Shown here: in pieces, positions 11,101-18,982 of the stretch | Layout: every line of letters begins with the position of its first letter | How positions within the stretch are numbered: position 1 is the stretch's first letter | IMG/VR virus record: IMGVR_UViG_3300030329_000322 | Coordinates: 1-38,408 of that record | Length of the DNA: 38,408 nt | Direction: 5' to 3' (one strand) | Source: a virus | Lineage: Duplodnaviria > Caudoviricetes | Translations under genes and position numbers: made by a program | The notes under the pieces: model-generated | Database searches by the model: none | Seen by the model: only the letters and a program-made list of their open reading frames with translations | What the model was told of the DNA's origin: nothing

Positions 11101-11299
11101 TGAGATTAAACTAGAAGCACCTAAGACTGGAACCACAACGAGGCACGATGGATCACCTGAGCAGCTTGTCGGGTACACCATTGGACCAAACGGGATCAAT
11201 GTAACTGGGCTTCCAGAAGGAACCTCAGATAGCAGCCTAAGCTCAGGCGATATGTGGGTTGATACCTCGGCGTCTCGCGTCATCAAGGTAAAAGCCTGA
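8105..11299 (+). CDS. Tail fiber/tail spike with T7 gp17-type N-terminal anchor and beta-helix (pectate-lyase-like) domain
   Basis: N-terminal 'FAITFDYLSKDHIEVYLDG...DFQDGSVLTESDLD'; 'VNVKDFGATGNGTTDDSTAIQAAI...LYFPAGVY' beta-helix cap. Confidence 0.88.
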   Translation: MPIYSYNRYESTGQSEFAITFDYLSKDHIEVYLDGTKQTSGYSIDIGTNKVNFTSAPGSGTIVLIQRNTPKTKTDYQAQIADFQDGSVLTESDLDNAVLGLLYISQEAEDSGSTDALGIDQTDETWTAESKRIKNVATPTGTYDAVTKDYVDGLALYNAPSIPQIYTFTTTASQTEFVMSPAPTSTDVNTFMVDLDGVVQKPTTDFTISGSTMTLSSGTTADQVLTVRNFGVARDILTESPSITGDLSVGDDLTVSDDASVGGNLTVTGTTTTVGLNALGTVNFYGGATGDLGAAKSKSTGSSLSRSLASRFAEVVNVKDFGATGNGTTDDSTAIQAAINYAESIWDNGDYDFGANESEPAVLYFPAGVYNCNNTQFTISPIGALADNQGEKYPARAVVMGDHRNTSIIKNGGFLLWSGAGDYLGHSNRVYYGLVTADTDSSNYGRQVADYAEISDLGFIGPWDTSTNNTEAGTDRYNNSTTAWFTNDRVPFMTGTIIDTSEDITVKVPWSDGTGASTKVPSTAIEIGFETRFCRIRNVHIAGYNYAVHDSSGSTHWDAATNYIENIAAVDNERGIVIHSSGWVVHNFHIRIAAKEGILIEAMRIGSRIENTQILLGECYNCGYGGLVIRTLEKDMNKGGRYTPANYADGVIPSETTEYGAGWLGDWGETTTNKNWDYGVTVAGQWTDPWGVSTRSDTLNGIDRAPLRYRLDPIVPYVFNTRVSQCAFGTTQGKNLKPWKVKALRKYSGSTILWDGDDGTGSGSDNWCEIEFWSDENDLTDATRKLEFNKGERLGTHFPRGIANSMDCTAVIKDSAGTTLNSDGDTAASYINNASVLEATATHKIVISARYSLVAPNGYVEGATLHSDKSSEISPVIDVVFGKGNREGMITDNRFNHTYMGGCAFYRFTNNRLKTSFWMADTCVSLSFVGSRTGITNTSYIGSTDWSAYHTGDNVEVYANTSGLNQWGDRLFNGPGASSGWVSMEMVSTNNTPGATIVPEIKLEAPKTGTTTRHDGSPEQLVGYTIGPNGINVTGLPEGTSDSSLSSGDMWVDTSASRVIKVKA

Positions 11300-11327
11300 C
11301 CCCTCCTAAATTTCTAGAGAAAACATT

Positions 11328-12986
11328 ATGTCTACAAAACAAGTGCAACTTCGCCGTGGCTCTAAGACTGAACACGACTCCTTTACGGGAGCAGTCGGTG
11401 AGCTAACTTATGTCACTGACAACAAAGAGCTGCGGATCCACGACGGATCAACCGCTGGTGGTCTTCGGGTTGCCGCTGACGATGTTGTAAATGTTAAGAA
11501 GTTTGGTGCGACTGGCGACGGGACTACTGATGATTCAGCAGCTATCAATGCTGCAATTACTCATGCGAAGACTACGTACTGGGATAACGAAAAACCTGCA
11601 TGTTTGTACTTTCCCCAAGGGGATTACTATTGCGGAGCAACCGCAACCGTATTTGATATCACCTCGGACCAGCTCAAAAAAGATACAGTCTCAATTATGG
11701 GGACGGGACAATCTTCGCGGATCAAACACGGCGGATTTAGGATTGATCAGAGTTATGCTGTTGTTTCTGATTTGAATTTTGCAGGAACAAATTACACAGG
11801 AACTGCTATTGAAATCAGGGGCACTTCCTCCAAGTGTCGTATAAGAAACCTTACAATAAAGACGTATAAGTACGGTGTTCACTTGAATGACCCAGCGGGC
11901 CAGCACCAACTTGAGTCCATAAGAGTGGGATTCTGTGGATCTGGTGCAGAAGTTGGTGCCGGAATCTTTGTAAGCGGGGGTTGCGAACCTACTCTTATTG
12001 GGTGCAATGTTCATAACTGCCACAAAGCACCAGGATTCCTTTTGAAAGGCGAGACGGATAGTCCCTGTGGTGAGGTTCGGATGATCAGCTGCCGTGCTCA
12101 GCACTGTAGTTATGGGCTGAAGATCGACGCAACTGAAGGTACTGTATTTGAGTCATACTTTGACAATTTATCCTTATCTTGGAATGGATGGAGAGATCCC
12201 AGCAAACGTATTTTCATATCCGCAGCTAGTCACGATTCAAGTGCGAATACTTTGACGCTAACATTTACAACAAGACACTTCTGTCGTACAAATAGTGCGT
12301 TTTCTATTGGTCAGGATTCTGAACTTACTAGTGATCCCGGTCTTGTTCTTAATGAAGAAGTAAAGATGAATACACATATTCAATGTATTCAAGTAAACGA
12401 CAACTCTGAAATAGACCTCCACCAAGCAGTATTCAATGTTCCAGAAGACTTTACAATGCCAAGCGGGACGATTGATTCAACGACCAGTTGGCTTCAACCA
12501 GCACACTGGGATCTTTATGTAGAAGGATCTGAAACTGGTGGCTCATACGATCTCTGGTTTACCCAGTGTAACATTAATTCGACATACATCAAAGATTTAA
12601 GAGAAGCTCGATTTAATAATTCTAGGCTTAAGCATCTTATTTATTTTGACTCAAGTGGGTGGACTTGTAATAACGTTTTCTTCGGCAATAGACGAGGACG
12701 GTCAGCAGATGGTTCGGACATCATTCCGCATGGACCGGGGGCTGCTAATACAGGTGCTTGGGGTTCATTTGAAATGGGACGAAACGGCGGATTAGCCACA
12801 AATACCGAGTTAAACATGCAGATGCCTAGAACCGGATCAGCAACAAATGCTGATGGAACCCCCCAAGACTTCATGGGCATTGTTGTGAAAAGAAACGGAA
12901 TTGAATTCCAAGGGATTCCCGTAGCGGAGCCGGACACCGTGGGTGAGATTTGGCAAGACGACGGGACTCTAAAGATCAAGACCTGA
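11328..12986 (+). CDS. Second tail spike (Mtd-N-like N-terminus plus beta-helix depolymerase-like domain)
   Basis: 'VQLRRGS..EH..FTGA.GELT..TD...LRIHDG.TAGG' N-terminal module, then 'VNVKKFGATGDGTTDDSAAINAAI...LYFPQGDY'. Confidence 0.82.
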   Translation: MSTKQVQLRRGSKTEHDSFTGAVGELTYVTDNKELRIHDGSTAGGLRVAADDVVNVKKFGATGDGTTDDSAAINAAITHAKTTYWDNEKPACLYFPQGDYYCGATATVFDITSDQLKKDTVSIMGTGQSSRIKHGGFRIDQSYAVVSDLNFAGTNYTGTAIEIRGTSSKCRIRNLTIKTYKYGVHLNDPAGQHQLESIRVGFCGSGAEVGAGIFVSGGCEPTLIGCNVHNCHKAPGFLLKGETDSPCGEVRMISCRAQHCSYGLKIDATEGTVFESYFDNLSLSWNGWRDPSKRIFISAASHDSSANTLTLTFTTRHFCRTNSAFSIGQDSELTSDPGLVLNEEVKMNTHIQCIQVNDNSEIDLHQAVFNVPEDFTMPSGTIDSTTSWLQPAHWDLYVEGSETGGSYDLWFTQCNINSTYIKDLREARFNNSRLKHLIYFDSSGWTCNNVFFGNRRGRSADGSDIIPHGPGAANTGAWGSFEMGRNGGLATNTELNMQMPRTGSATNADGTPQDFMGIVVKRNGIEFQGIPVAEPDTVGEIWQDDGTLKIKT

Positions 12987-13028
12987 CACTTCTAAATTTT
13001 TGTTGCGGGCCAAGCCCGTGGACTAACT

Positions 13029-13646
13029 ATGACTACCAAAATTCCTACAGGAATGCTGTCGAGCGTGTCTTCAAAAGTTCTGACAACATCGTCAGCAGCT
13101 AACGAAGGCAAACTTGTCCAACTCAACTCTTCGGGAACTATCCCTAACGCTTATGTAGCCACAACCATTGCTACTCACCAGTGGAGATACACAGGAACCT
13201 TTGCCGTAGGAACCGGGGAAGTTGTTGTGGACACCGGGGATGGATGGGAAGTCATCGACACCACAGGACAGGCCGTGAATAATGGCAGCGAAACTTCGGG
13301 CATGACCGTGAACGAGGGCGTGTTCTCTTTCCCCTCTACAGGGATCTGGCTTGTTACTGTCAACGCTTGGTTCACTCGAAACTCTTCGGATGTGTCTTTG
13401 ATTGTTGCAGACCTTATGGCGACATCAGGTAGTGGCGGCTCGACTACTACTAGAGTTGCCCAAGGATGTGGAAGCGTCAGTAGCAGCGCACTTCAATGCA
13501 GTGTGACTGCTTCTAGTCTTCTCAATGTCTCCAATACTTCGGATGTTAAAGTAAAGGTCCAAGTAAGTGCCAGTTCCTCTGGGTGTGATTTCTCTGGACA
13601 CACTTCGTTCAACAAGTCTTATTTCACCTTCCAAAAGATTTCGTGA
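13029..13646 (+). CDS. Putative tail-associated protein (beta-rich, C1q/TNF-like C-terminus)
   Basis: Ser/Thr-rich; 'GVFSFPSTGIWLV' pattern seen in phage fiber tip domains; located in the tail module. Confidence 0.5.
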   Translation: MTTKIPTGMLSSVSSKVLTTSSAANEGKLVQLNSSGTIPNAYVATTIATHQWRYTGTFAVGTGEVVVDTGDGWEVIDTTGQAVNNGSETSGMTVNEGVFSFPSTGIWLVTVNAWFTRNSSDVSLIVADLMATSGSGGSTTTRVAQGCGSVSSSALQCSVTASSLLNVSNTSDVKVKVQVSASSSGCDFSGHTSFNKSYFTFQKIS

Positions 13647-13667
13647 TCAGTAAATGGAACAAATGTA

Positions 13668-13877
13668 ATGAACGAAGAACTTCTCCTGGCTCTAGGGAGA
13701 CTTGAGGGAAAAGTTGATTCTCTTATTACTTCAATGGCTGTCCACGACGAGGAACTCCAACGCCTCGACCATCGCATCCGTCAACTTGAACAATCCCGAA
13801 GCTGGATGCTTGGGGCTGCTGCGGTCATTGGGGCTGCTGTTTCGTTTCTTTTCCAATTTATCAAGGTAGATCAATAA
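13668..13877 (+). CDS. Small coiled-coil plus C-terminal TM protein (XhlA-like/holin-like)
   Basis: 'LGRLEGKVD...RIRQLEQSRSWMLGAAAVIGAAVSFLF'. Confidence 0.6.
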   Translation: MNEELLLALGRLEGKVDSLITSMAVHDEELQRLDHRIRQLEQSRSWMLGAAAVIGAAVSFLFQFIKVDQ

Positions 13878-14185
13878 TGCTTATTCACAAATTCCAAGAG
13901 ACCGGCGGGGCATTCCCGATTGACGAGGCAACCACATCTGCGGTTGTAGAACTCGATGTCAACAAGACACGAACCGGGTTGTTCCAGACCACCCAAGGTG
14001 CAGCTGCGGACGTTGACGTAACCCTGCAAGGTTCAATGGACAACTCCAACTGGGTTGATGTCAAAGCCTTTGTAGATGTCAACAACTCGTCCAAGGCTTC
14101 TGTCGTGACCCTGTTCCCGTACATGCGGATTGTAACCGCTAATGCTGCTGGGACAGTAACAGTCAGTTCTTACATCGGAGAGTGA
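13877..14185 (+). CDS. Hypothetical beta-sandwich virion protein
   Basis: Translationally coupled (TAATG); 'VTLQGSMDNSNW' and 'PYMRI'. Confidence 0.6.
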   Translation: MLIHKFQETGGAFPIDEATTSAVVELDVNKTRTGLFQTTQGAAADVDVTLQGSMDNSNWVDVKAFVDVNNSSKASVVTLFPYMRIVTANAAGTVTVSSYIGE

Positions 14186-14188
14186 TTT

Positions 14189-15046
14189 ATGCCCCTGCTC
14201 AAGCCTGAACACATCACGGGGGATCTTCGATTGTGGCTTCGGGCAGACTCTTTGGAAGGGACTTCAAAGTCCAACATCAGTGTCTGGCCTGATGAAAGTG
14301 GTAATGGATATCACGCCACTCAGTCAACTGCTGATGATCAACCAGCAATTCTAAATGACCATCAGAATGGACTCCCGGCTTTGGTCTTTGATGGCTCTTC
14401 TGACTTTATGACTCTTGATGGGACGGACACTGCTGGGGACAACTCTCCACTGGATGCAGGTTCTTCTTCTATCCTGTGTGCAACAGTCTGTTCTCCAGAC
14501 GCTGCATCAGGATCTACCGAAACCATCTGGTCAATGAACGAAGACTCTAGCGATGCTGCTATGTGGTGGAGATGGAACAAGAAGTTCAACTTCTTCTACC
14601 ACCAAGGTACTACGGCTCTCCAGTCAACTGTGTATGACGCAGGTGATACTGTGGTTGCTGTAGCTTCCCTGAATGACAGCGATGTTCTTTCGTGGCGTCT
14701 GGATGGTGTTCAGAAGGACTCTCGTACTGGCGAAACAGGTGGAACCGATGCTGGTCCCTTCTATCTCGCTGCTGAGAATGGTGGCTCACCGTTCTTCAAC
14801 GGAAAGCTCTACGAGATCATCATCTTCCACTCAGACCTCTCTGACTATGTAGATGAGATCGAGGGTTACCTCCACCACAAGTGGGGTCTACAGTCCAGTC
14901 TCCCGTCTTCTCATACCTATGTAGATACTCCTCCGGTTGCTGGATACACGGTCATCGGAACGACCCTCGCTTCTTCAGACCTTTCAGAAACTTTAGAGGG
15001 TGACATGGATGCTCCCTTGAACATGAGAGACAGATACCACGGGTGA
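14189..15046 (+). CDS. LamG/concanavalin A-like lectin domain protein (putative virion adhesin)
   Basis: 'LWLRAD...W.D.SGNG.HATQ...NGLPALVFDG' and 'FNGKLYEIIIF...IEGYLHHKWG'. Confidence 0.8.
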   Translation: MPLLKPEHITGDLRLWLRADSLEGTSKSNISVWPDESGNGYHATQSTADDQPAILNDHQNGLPALVFDGSSDFMTLDGTDTAGDNSPLDAGSSSILCATVCSPDAASGSTETIWSMNEDSSDAAMWWRWNKKFNFFYHQGTTALQSTVYDAGDTVVAVASLNDSDVLSWRLDGVQKDSRTGETGGTDAGPFYLAAENGGSPFFNGKLYEIIIFHSDLSDYVDEIEGYLHHKWGLQSSLPSSHTYVDTPPVAGYTVIGTTLASSDLSETLEGDMDAPLNMRDRYHG

Positions 15047-15049
15047 TGA

Positions 15050-15217
15050 ATGGATTTAGAGAGAATTCTTAATGTCATTGATTCCGCTTGGCCGATCATG
15101 GTTGGTCTTGTGGGTTTGGTGGTCGTTCTCGCAAAGATGCACGGTGAAATAACCATGTTGCGAGAGAAGGTGTCTGTTCTTTTTGAACTATGGAACAAGG
15201 CTAGAAAGGACGATTGA
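15050..15217 (+). CDS. Small single-TM protein (55 aa, not in ORF track)
   Basis: Translated by hand: MDLERILNVIDSAWPIMVGLVGLVVVLAKMHGEITMLREKVSVLFELWNKARKDD; fills the gap and is coupled to terS (TGATG). Confidence 0.7.
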   Translation: MDLERILNVIDSAWPIMVGLVGLVVVLAKMHGEITMLREKVSVLFELWNKARKDD

Positions 15218-15435
15218 TGGATAAAAAGGAACTCGGGAAACTGCACGAAGCTCTGTCGCAGCTCCTGATGGAACGTATCCAATCTGGTGAGGCTGGTTCA
15301 GGTGAACTCAGTGTTGCCCGTCAATTCCTGAAGGACAACGGGATCGACGCGAACGTCAACCAGAGTGCCCCTCTGATGAACCTCGCGCAGGTTCTGCCAT
15401 TCGACCCAGAGGCTGAGATCACTGAAGCTGGGTGA
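15217..15435 (+). CDS. terS: Terminase small subunit (gp18-like)
   Basis: 'LHEAL...L..RI.SGEA...ELSVARQFLKDNGI' gp18-type motif. Confidence 0.88.
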   Translation: MDKKELGKLHEALSQLLMERIQSGEAGSGELSVARQFLKDNGIDANVNQSAPLMNLAQVLPFDPEAEITEAG

Positions 15436-15441
15436 TAACTG

Positions 15442-15651
15442 ATGACCATCGAGTGGACTGCGATTGCCGTGCCACTTCTTACAGCATCTCTTCTTGGTCT
15501 GGTTGGGTTTGTGTGGAAGTGGAGTCATAAAGTTACACGCTTAGAGCAACAATGTTCGACCTTAAAAAGTAAGGTTCTTAAACTAGAAGCTGATCACGAT
15601 AAAGTGATGGATAAGATGTACTCAATGATTAAGAGTAGACCACGGATTTAA
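15442..15651 (+). CDS. Small single-TM/coiled-coil protein
   Basis: Hydrophobic N-terminus followed by a heptad pattern; fits between terS and terL. Confidence 0.6.
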   Translation: MTIEWTAIAVPLLTASLLGLVGFVWKWSHKVTRLEQQCSTLKSKVLKLEADHDKVMDKMYSMIKSRPRI

Positions 15652-15656
15652 CAAGA

Positions 15657-17345
15657 ATGAACATGGACCCACGCATCAAGGACTTCAGGAACTTCCTGTT
15701 CATGGCGTGGGATCACCTGGGTCTTCCTGACCCTACTCCGATTCAATACGACATCGCGGACTACATCCAGAACGGACCCAAGCGTCGTTGTGTGATGGCC
15801 TTCCGTGGTGTCGGGAAATCTTGGATCACCTCAGCGTTTGTTTGCCACCAGTTGTTGCTGGACCCAACCAAGAACATCTTGGTGGTCTCTGCCTCCAAGC
15901 AGCGTGCTGATGACTTCAGTACATTTACCCTGCGGCTGATCTCTGAGATGGAGATCCTGAACCACCTCAAACCTCACGAGACTCAGAGAAACTCCAAGAT
16001 CGCTTTCGATGTTGGTCCTGCTCCAGCCAGTCATGCTCCTTCAGTGACCTCCAAGGGAATCACCTCACAGATCACAGGTGCAAGAGCTGACCTAATCATT
16101 GCTGACGATGTGGAGTCCCTGAACAACTCCGCTACTCAGATGATGCGAGACAAGCTGGGATCTGCTGTGCAGGAGTTCGATGCTGTCCTGAAACCCAACG
16201 GTCATGTGATCTATCTGGGAACACCTCAGTCAGAGCAGAGTCTGTATAACGAGCTACCTGACCGTGGGTATGACGTAAAGATCTGGCCTGCTCGGAAACC
16301 ATCAGAGAAACAAGTTATCGGGTATGGACCAAGGTTGGCTCCAAAGATCTTGCAGTTGGAGATCGAGGAGGGTGAACCCACCGATCCAAAAAGGTTCAAC
16401 ACTTTTGATTTGATGGAGCGTGAAGCCAGTTACGGACGGTCGGGGTTTGCTCTCCAGTTCATGCTCGATACTACTCTCAGTGATGCTGACAGGTATCCTC
16501 TGAAGCTCCACGATCTGATCGTGATGCGTCTGGATGCTGAGAATGCTCCTGAGAAGGTGGTGTGGGCTGGGTCTCCTGAGTATGCCTATAAGGATCTCCC
16601 GTGTGTCGGGTTCAATGGTGATCGGTACTACATGCCGATGGGGACCAACGGGGAACTCCTGAAGTACCAAGGTTCCGTCATGGCGATTGACCCCTCGGGT
16701 CGTGGTCAGGATGAAACTGCGTATGCCGTGGTGAAAATGCTGAACTCTCAGCTATTCGTCACAGCAGCCGGGGGACTTCCCGGAGGGTACTCAGAAGACA
16801 CCCTGAAGGCACTGTCGGTGATCGCCAAGGAGCAGGAAGTCAACGAGATCCTGGTGGAATCCAATTTTGGCGATGGCATGTTCACGGCACTGTTACAGCC
16901 GATTTTATCCAAGATCCACAAAGTCACGATCACGGAAGTTCGCCACAATATCCAGAAAGAACGCCGAATTTTGGATGTGATGGAGCCTGTAATGAACAGG
17001 CACAAGTTGATCGTGGATGAGCGGGTGGTCCGCAAGGACTATGACTCAACCAAGCATCTCCCGGCTGAGAAGGCTCTCAAGTACCAGCTCTTCTACCAGA
17101 TGACCCGGCTGACCCGAGAGAAGGGTTCGCTGGCCCATGATGACCGTCTGGATGTACTGGCGATGGCTGTCCAATACTGGGTCGAGCAGATGTCCAGAGA
17201 TGTTGATGACGCTATTCAGACCCACAGGTCCGAGAAGCTCATCGAAGAACTAGAAAGATTTACAGACCACGCCCTCGGTGGTTCTCCAAGGAACTCCATG
17301 ACATGGATGTCGAACTCCTCAGAAAGTCGCTGGATGACTTCATAG
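15657..17345 (+). CDS. terL: Terminase large subunit (gp19-like)
   Basis: 'AFRGVGKSWIT' Walker A, 'LIIADDVE' Walker B, 'IDPSGRGQDE' and 'HDDRLD' nuclease motifs. Confidence 0.96.
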   Translation: MNMDPRIKDFRNFLFMAWDHLGLPDPTPIQYDIADYIQNGPKRRCVMAFRGVGKSWITSAFVCHQLLLDPTKNILVVSASKQRADDFSTFTLRLISEMEILNHLKPHETQRNSKIAFDVGPAPASHAPSVTSKGITSQITGARADLIIADDVESLNNSATQMMRDKLGSAVQEFDAVLKPNGHVIYLGTPQSEQSLYNELPDRGYDVKIWPARKPSEKQVIGYGPRLAPKILQLEIEEGEPTDPKRFNTFDLMEREASYGRSGFALQFMLDTTLSDADRYPLKLHDLIVMRLDAENAPEKVVWAGSPEYAYKDLPCVGFNGDRYYMPMGTNGELLKYQGSVMAIDPSGRGQDETAYAVVKMLNSQLFVTAAGGLPGGYSEDTLKALSVIAKEQEVNEILVESNFGDGMFTALLQPILSKIHKVTITEVRHNIQKERRILDVMEPVMNRHKLIVDERVVRKDYDSTKHLPAEKALKYQLFYQMTRLTREKGSLAHDDRLDVLAMAVQYWVEQMSRDVDDAIQTHRSEKLIEELERFTDHALGGSPRNSMTWMSNSSESRWMTS

Positions 17346-17467
17346 AGGCGTGGGAGAAGTTCCTGTTGGATCAGATCGACACAGTGGGACTGACAGACGC
17401 CCTGATAAGGCACATGAAGGTTGTGGACGCAGTGGCCCCTGAGAGCGACGAGGATGGCCTCTCATAG
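17303..17467 (+). CDS. Hypothetical 54-aa acidic protein overlapping the terL 3' end (not in ORF track)
   Basis: Translated by hand: MDVELLRKSLDDFIEAWEKFLLDQIDTVGLTDALIRHMKVVDAVAPESDEDGLS; amphipathic helical pattern. Confidence 0.45.
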   Translation: MDVELLRKSLDDFIEAWEKFLLDQIDTVGLTDALIRHMKVVDAVAPESDEDGLS

Positions 17468-17660
17468 CGATCCAACCACTCAGGTATGTCATCCTACCTT
17501 GGATCACCCAAAGCCCTCCTGAGCGATCCTAGAGCCTTCTGAGAGGTATTCGGGTTCTGGTCGGGTTCTAACCTAATTAGGGACACGTTTTGAAGAACGA
17601 GAGGTTCTTTGGAAGCGAAAGACTCAGAAGACTCAAGTGAACATGGTTCATTTAGGTCTT

Positions 17661-17744
17661 GAGTTTCTCCCCCATTCACCTCCACGTTGACGCCAGGTTT
17701 TCATCCTCCTTGGTGGTCCGTGGGGGGGTTTGGGGGGGAAGCTC
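17661..17744 (+). ncRNA. Predicted long RNA hairpin with apical loop UUUUCAUCCUC
   Basis: gagtttctccccca pairs with tgggggggaagctc (14 bp incl. G-U); cctccacg with cgtggggg; gacgccagg with cttggtggtc. G-U pairs favour + strand RNA. Confidence 0.55.
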
Positions 17745-17960
17745 TAGATCTAGAAGATCTAAGTGAACCCCTATACACTTAGAATAGACACTTAGATATA
17801 TCTAAGAAGAACTAGAAAAGATCTATGAATATAGAATAACTCTAGAAGAACCTTAGAGATATTCTAATTAGATCCATAATGATGAACTATTAGATGTAAT
17901 CTATATGTCTATCTATTAGATATATAAATATATACCCTTATATATGTCCTTCTTAGAGGT
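17745..17960. other. AT-rich non-coding tract with short repeated palindromes (TCTAGA, AGATCT, ATATAT); probable genome-end/origin region
   Basis: Sharp AT shift, no ORF, between terL and the early genes, where T7-like phages have their termini. Confidence 0.5.
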
Positions 17961-17965
17961 CCACT

Positions 17966-18340
17966 ATGAACCTACACATTGGTCCTCTTCTGGTCCCTGT
18001 GGTCTATGGGGATCTTTCCAAGGAAGAAACATGGGGAGAGTTCCAATGTCTCCCAGCTCCTCAGATCACCATCAACCAAGATCTTCCGAAAGACATCCAG
18101 GCTCTCACGGTCCTCCATGAGGTGCTGGAATGTGTCACAGAGATCTTTGGTCTCAGGTTGTCTGAAGGAGATATCAGGACTCTTGAGATGTCACTCGCTA
18201 CTGTCATCAAGAAGAATCCCAAGGAGTTCCAGAGATGGGTCGAAGATCTAACCTCGGATGGCGACACAGAATGTGGTTCAGACTCCAGAGGTGGTTCTGG
18301 GGTTGGTTTGGGTGTCTGGGGATCTTCTGGGGTTCGCTGA
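17966..18340 (+). CDS. Small zincin-like protein with variant HExxE motif
   Basis: 'WGEF...QITINQDL...LTVLHEVLEC' resembles minimal phage zincins; GAGG RBS upstream. Confidence 0.55.
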   Translation: MNLHIGPLLVPVVYGDLSKEETWGEFQCLPAPQITINQDLPKDIQALTVLHEVLECVTEIFGLRLSEGDIRTLEMSLATVIKKNPKEFQRWVEDLTSDGDTECGSDSRGGSGVGLGVWGSSGVR

Positions 18341-18681
18341 GGATGTTTGTGTTGATGTCCGAGAGGTTCCCGAGAGGGGCTGTGGTGTGACTGAATTTGG
18401 CGGAAAAATCTGAGAGGGTTATCGTAGATGTAGCTGCGAGCGTTTCCCCCGCTACCCCTCGACAATTTGCCGTCCACGTCGCGAAGACCTGCCACCCTAT
18501 TCATTGAAACCGCTGCACCGTAGGGATCTGCGGTAGATCAATGATCCATTGATGGTCGATCTTGACGCCATCCACCTATCCGGATCGGTCCATACCTTGC
18601 CTGAATATTTATTCAGGCTTGTTTACGCGCTGCATAATCTTTCCAGATTCCTTGATCCTCTCCACATATCCAAGCCGATCT

Positions 18682-18690
18682 TGTTACCAT
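18682..18690 (+). promoter_or_regulatory. Putative extended -10 host promoter (TGtTACCAT) for the early operon
   Basis: TGn plus TAnnAT ~50 nt upstream of the first early ORF; a leader hairpin (gaatcggga-atgg-tcccggttc) follows. Confidence 0.4.
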
Positions 18691-18740
18691 CGGGGACGAA
18701 TCGGGAATGGTCCCGGTTCACGTGCATAGGATGATGACCG

Positions 18741-18896
18741 ATGATTGACTACTCCTTGACCGGTTGGGAGCTGGAAGCGTGGATCGCTGAGGCGGAAGAC
18801 TTGGCAATGGCTGGATTCAGTGACGCGGAAGCGGCCGAGCGGATGGACTGTTCAGTTGAGCAAGTTCGCTGGCTGAATCAATACCATAGGGAATGA
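18741..18896 (+). CDS. Small HTH-like protein (51 aa, not in ORF track)
   Basis: MIDYSLTGWELEAWIAEAEDLAMAGFSDAEAAERMDCSVEQVRWLNQYHRE; 'GFSDAEAAERMDCSVEQVR' has an HTH pattern; RBS AGGATGA at 18728. Confidence 0.6.
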   Translation: MIDYSLTGWELEAWIAEAEDLAMAGFSDAEAAERMDCSVEQVRWLNQYHRE

Positions 18897-18982
18897 CCAA
18901 ACCAACCACGCCAACATCGAAAGGTGTTGGGGTGGATTCGCTGACCATCAATGATGGTGGTCCGCACATAAGGATGATGACA

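Noticed and set aside
11328-12986. Diversity-generating retroelement implied by the Mtd-N-like domain
   Set aside because: No reverse transcriptase and no TR/VR repeat pair seen.
18288-18335. G-rich tract as a G-quadruplex
   Set aside because: Four G-runs are present, but the tract also encodes the Gly/Ser tail of the ORF and there is no independent support.
18626-18656. dif-like XerCD site (gcgctgcataa)
   Set aside because: Only a XerC-arm resemblance; no TTATGTTAAAT-like XerD arm at 6-bp spacing.
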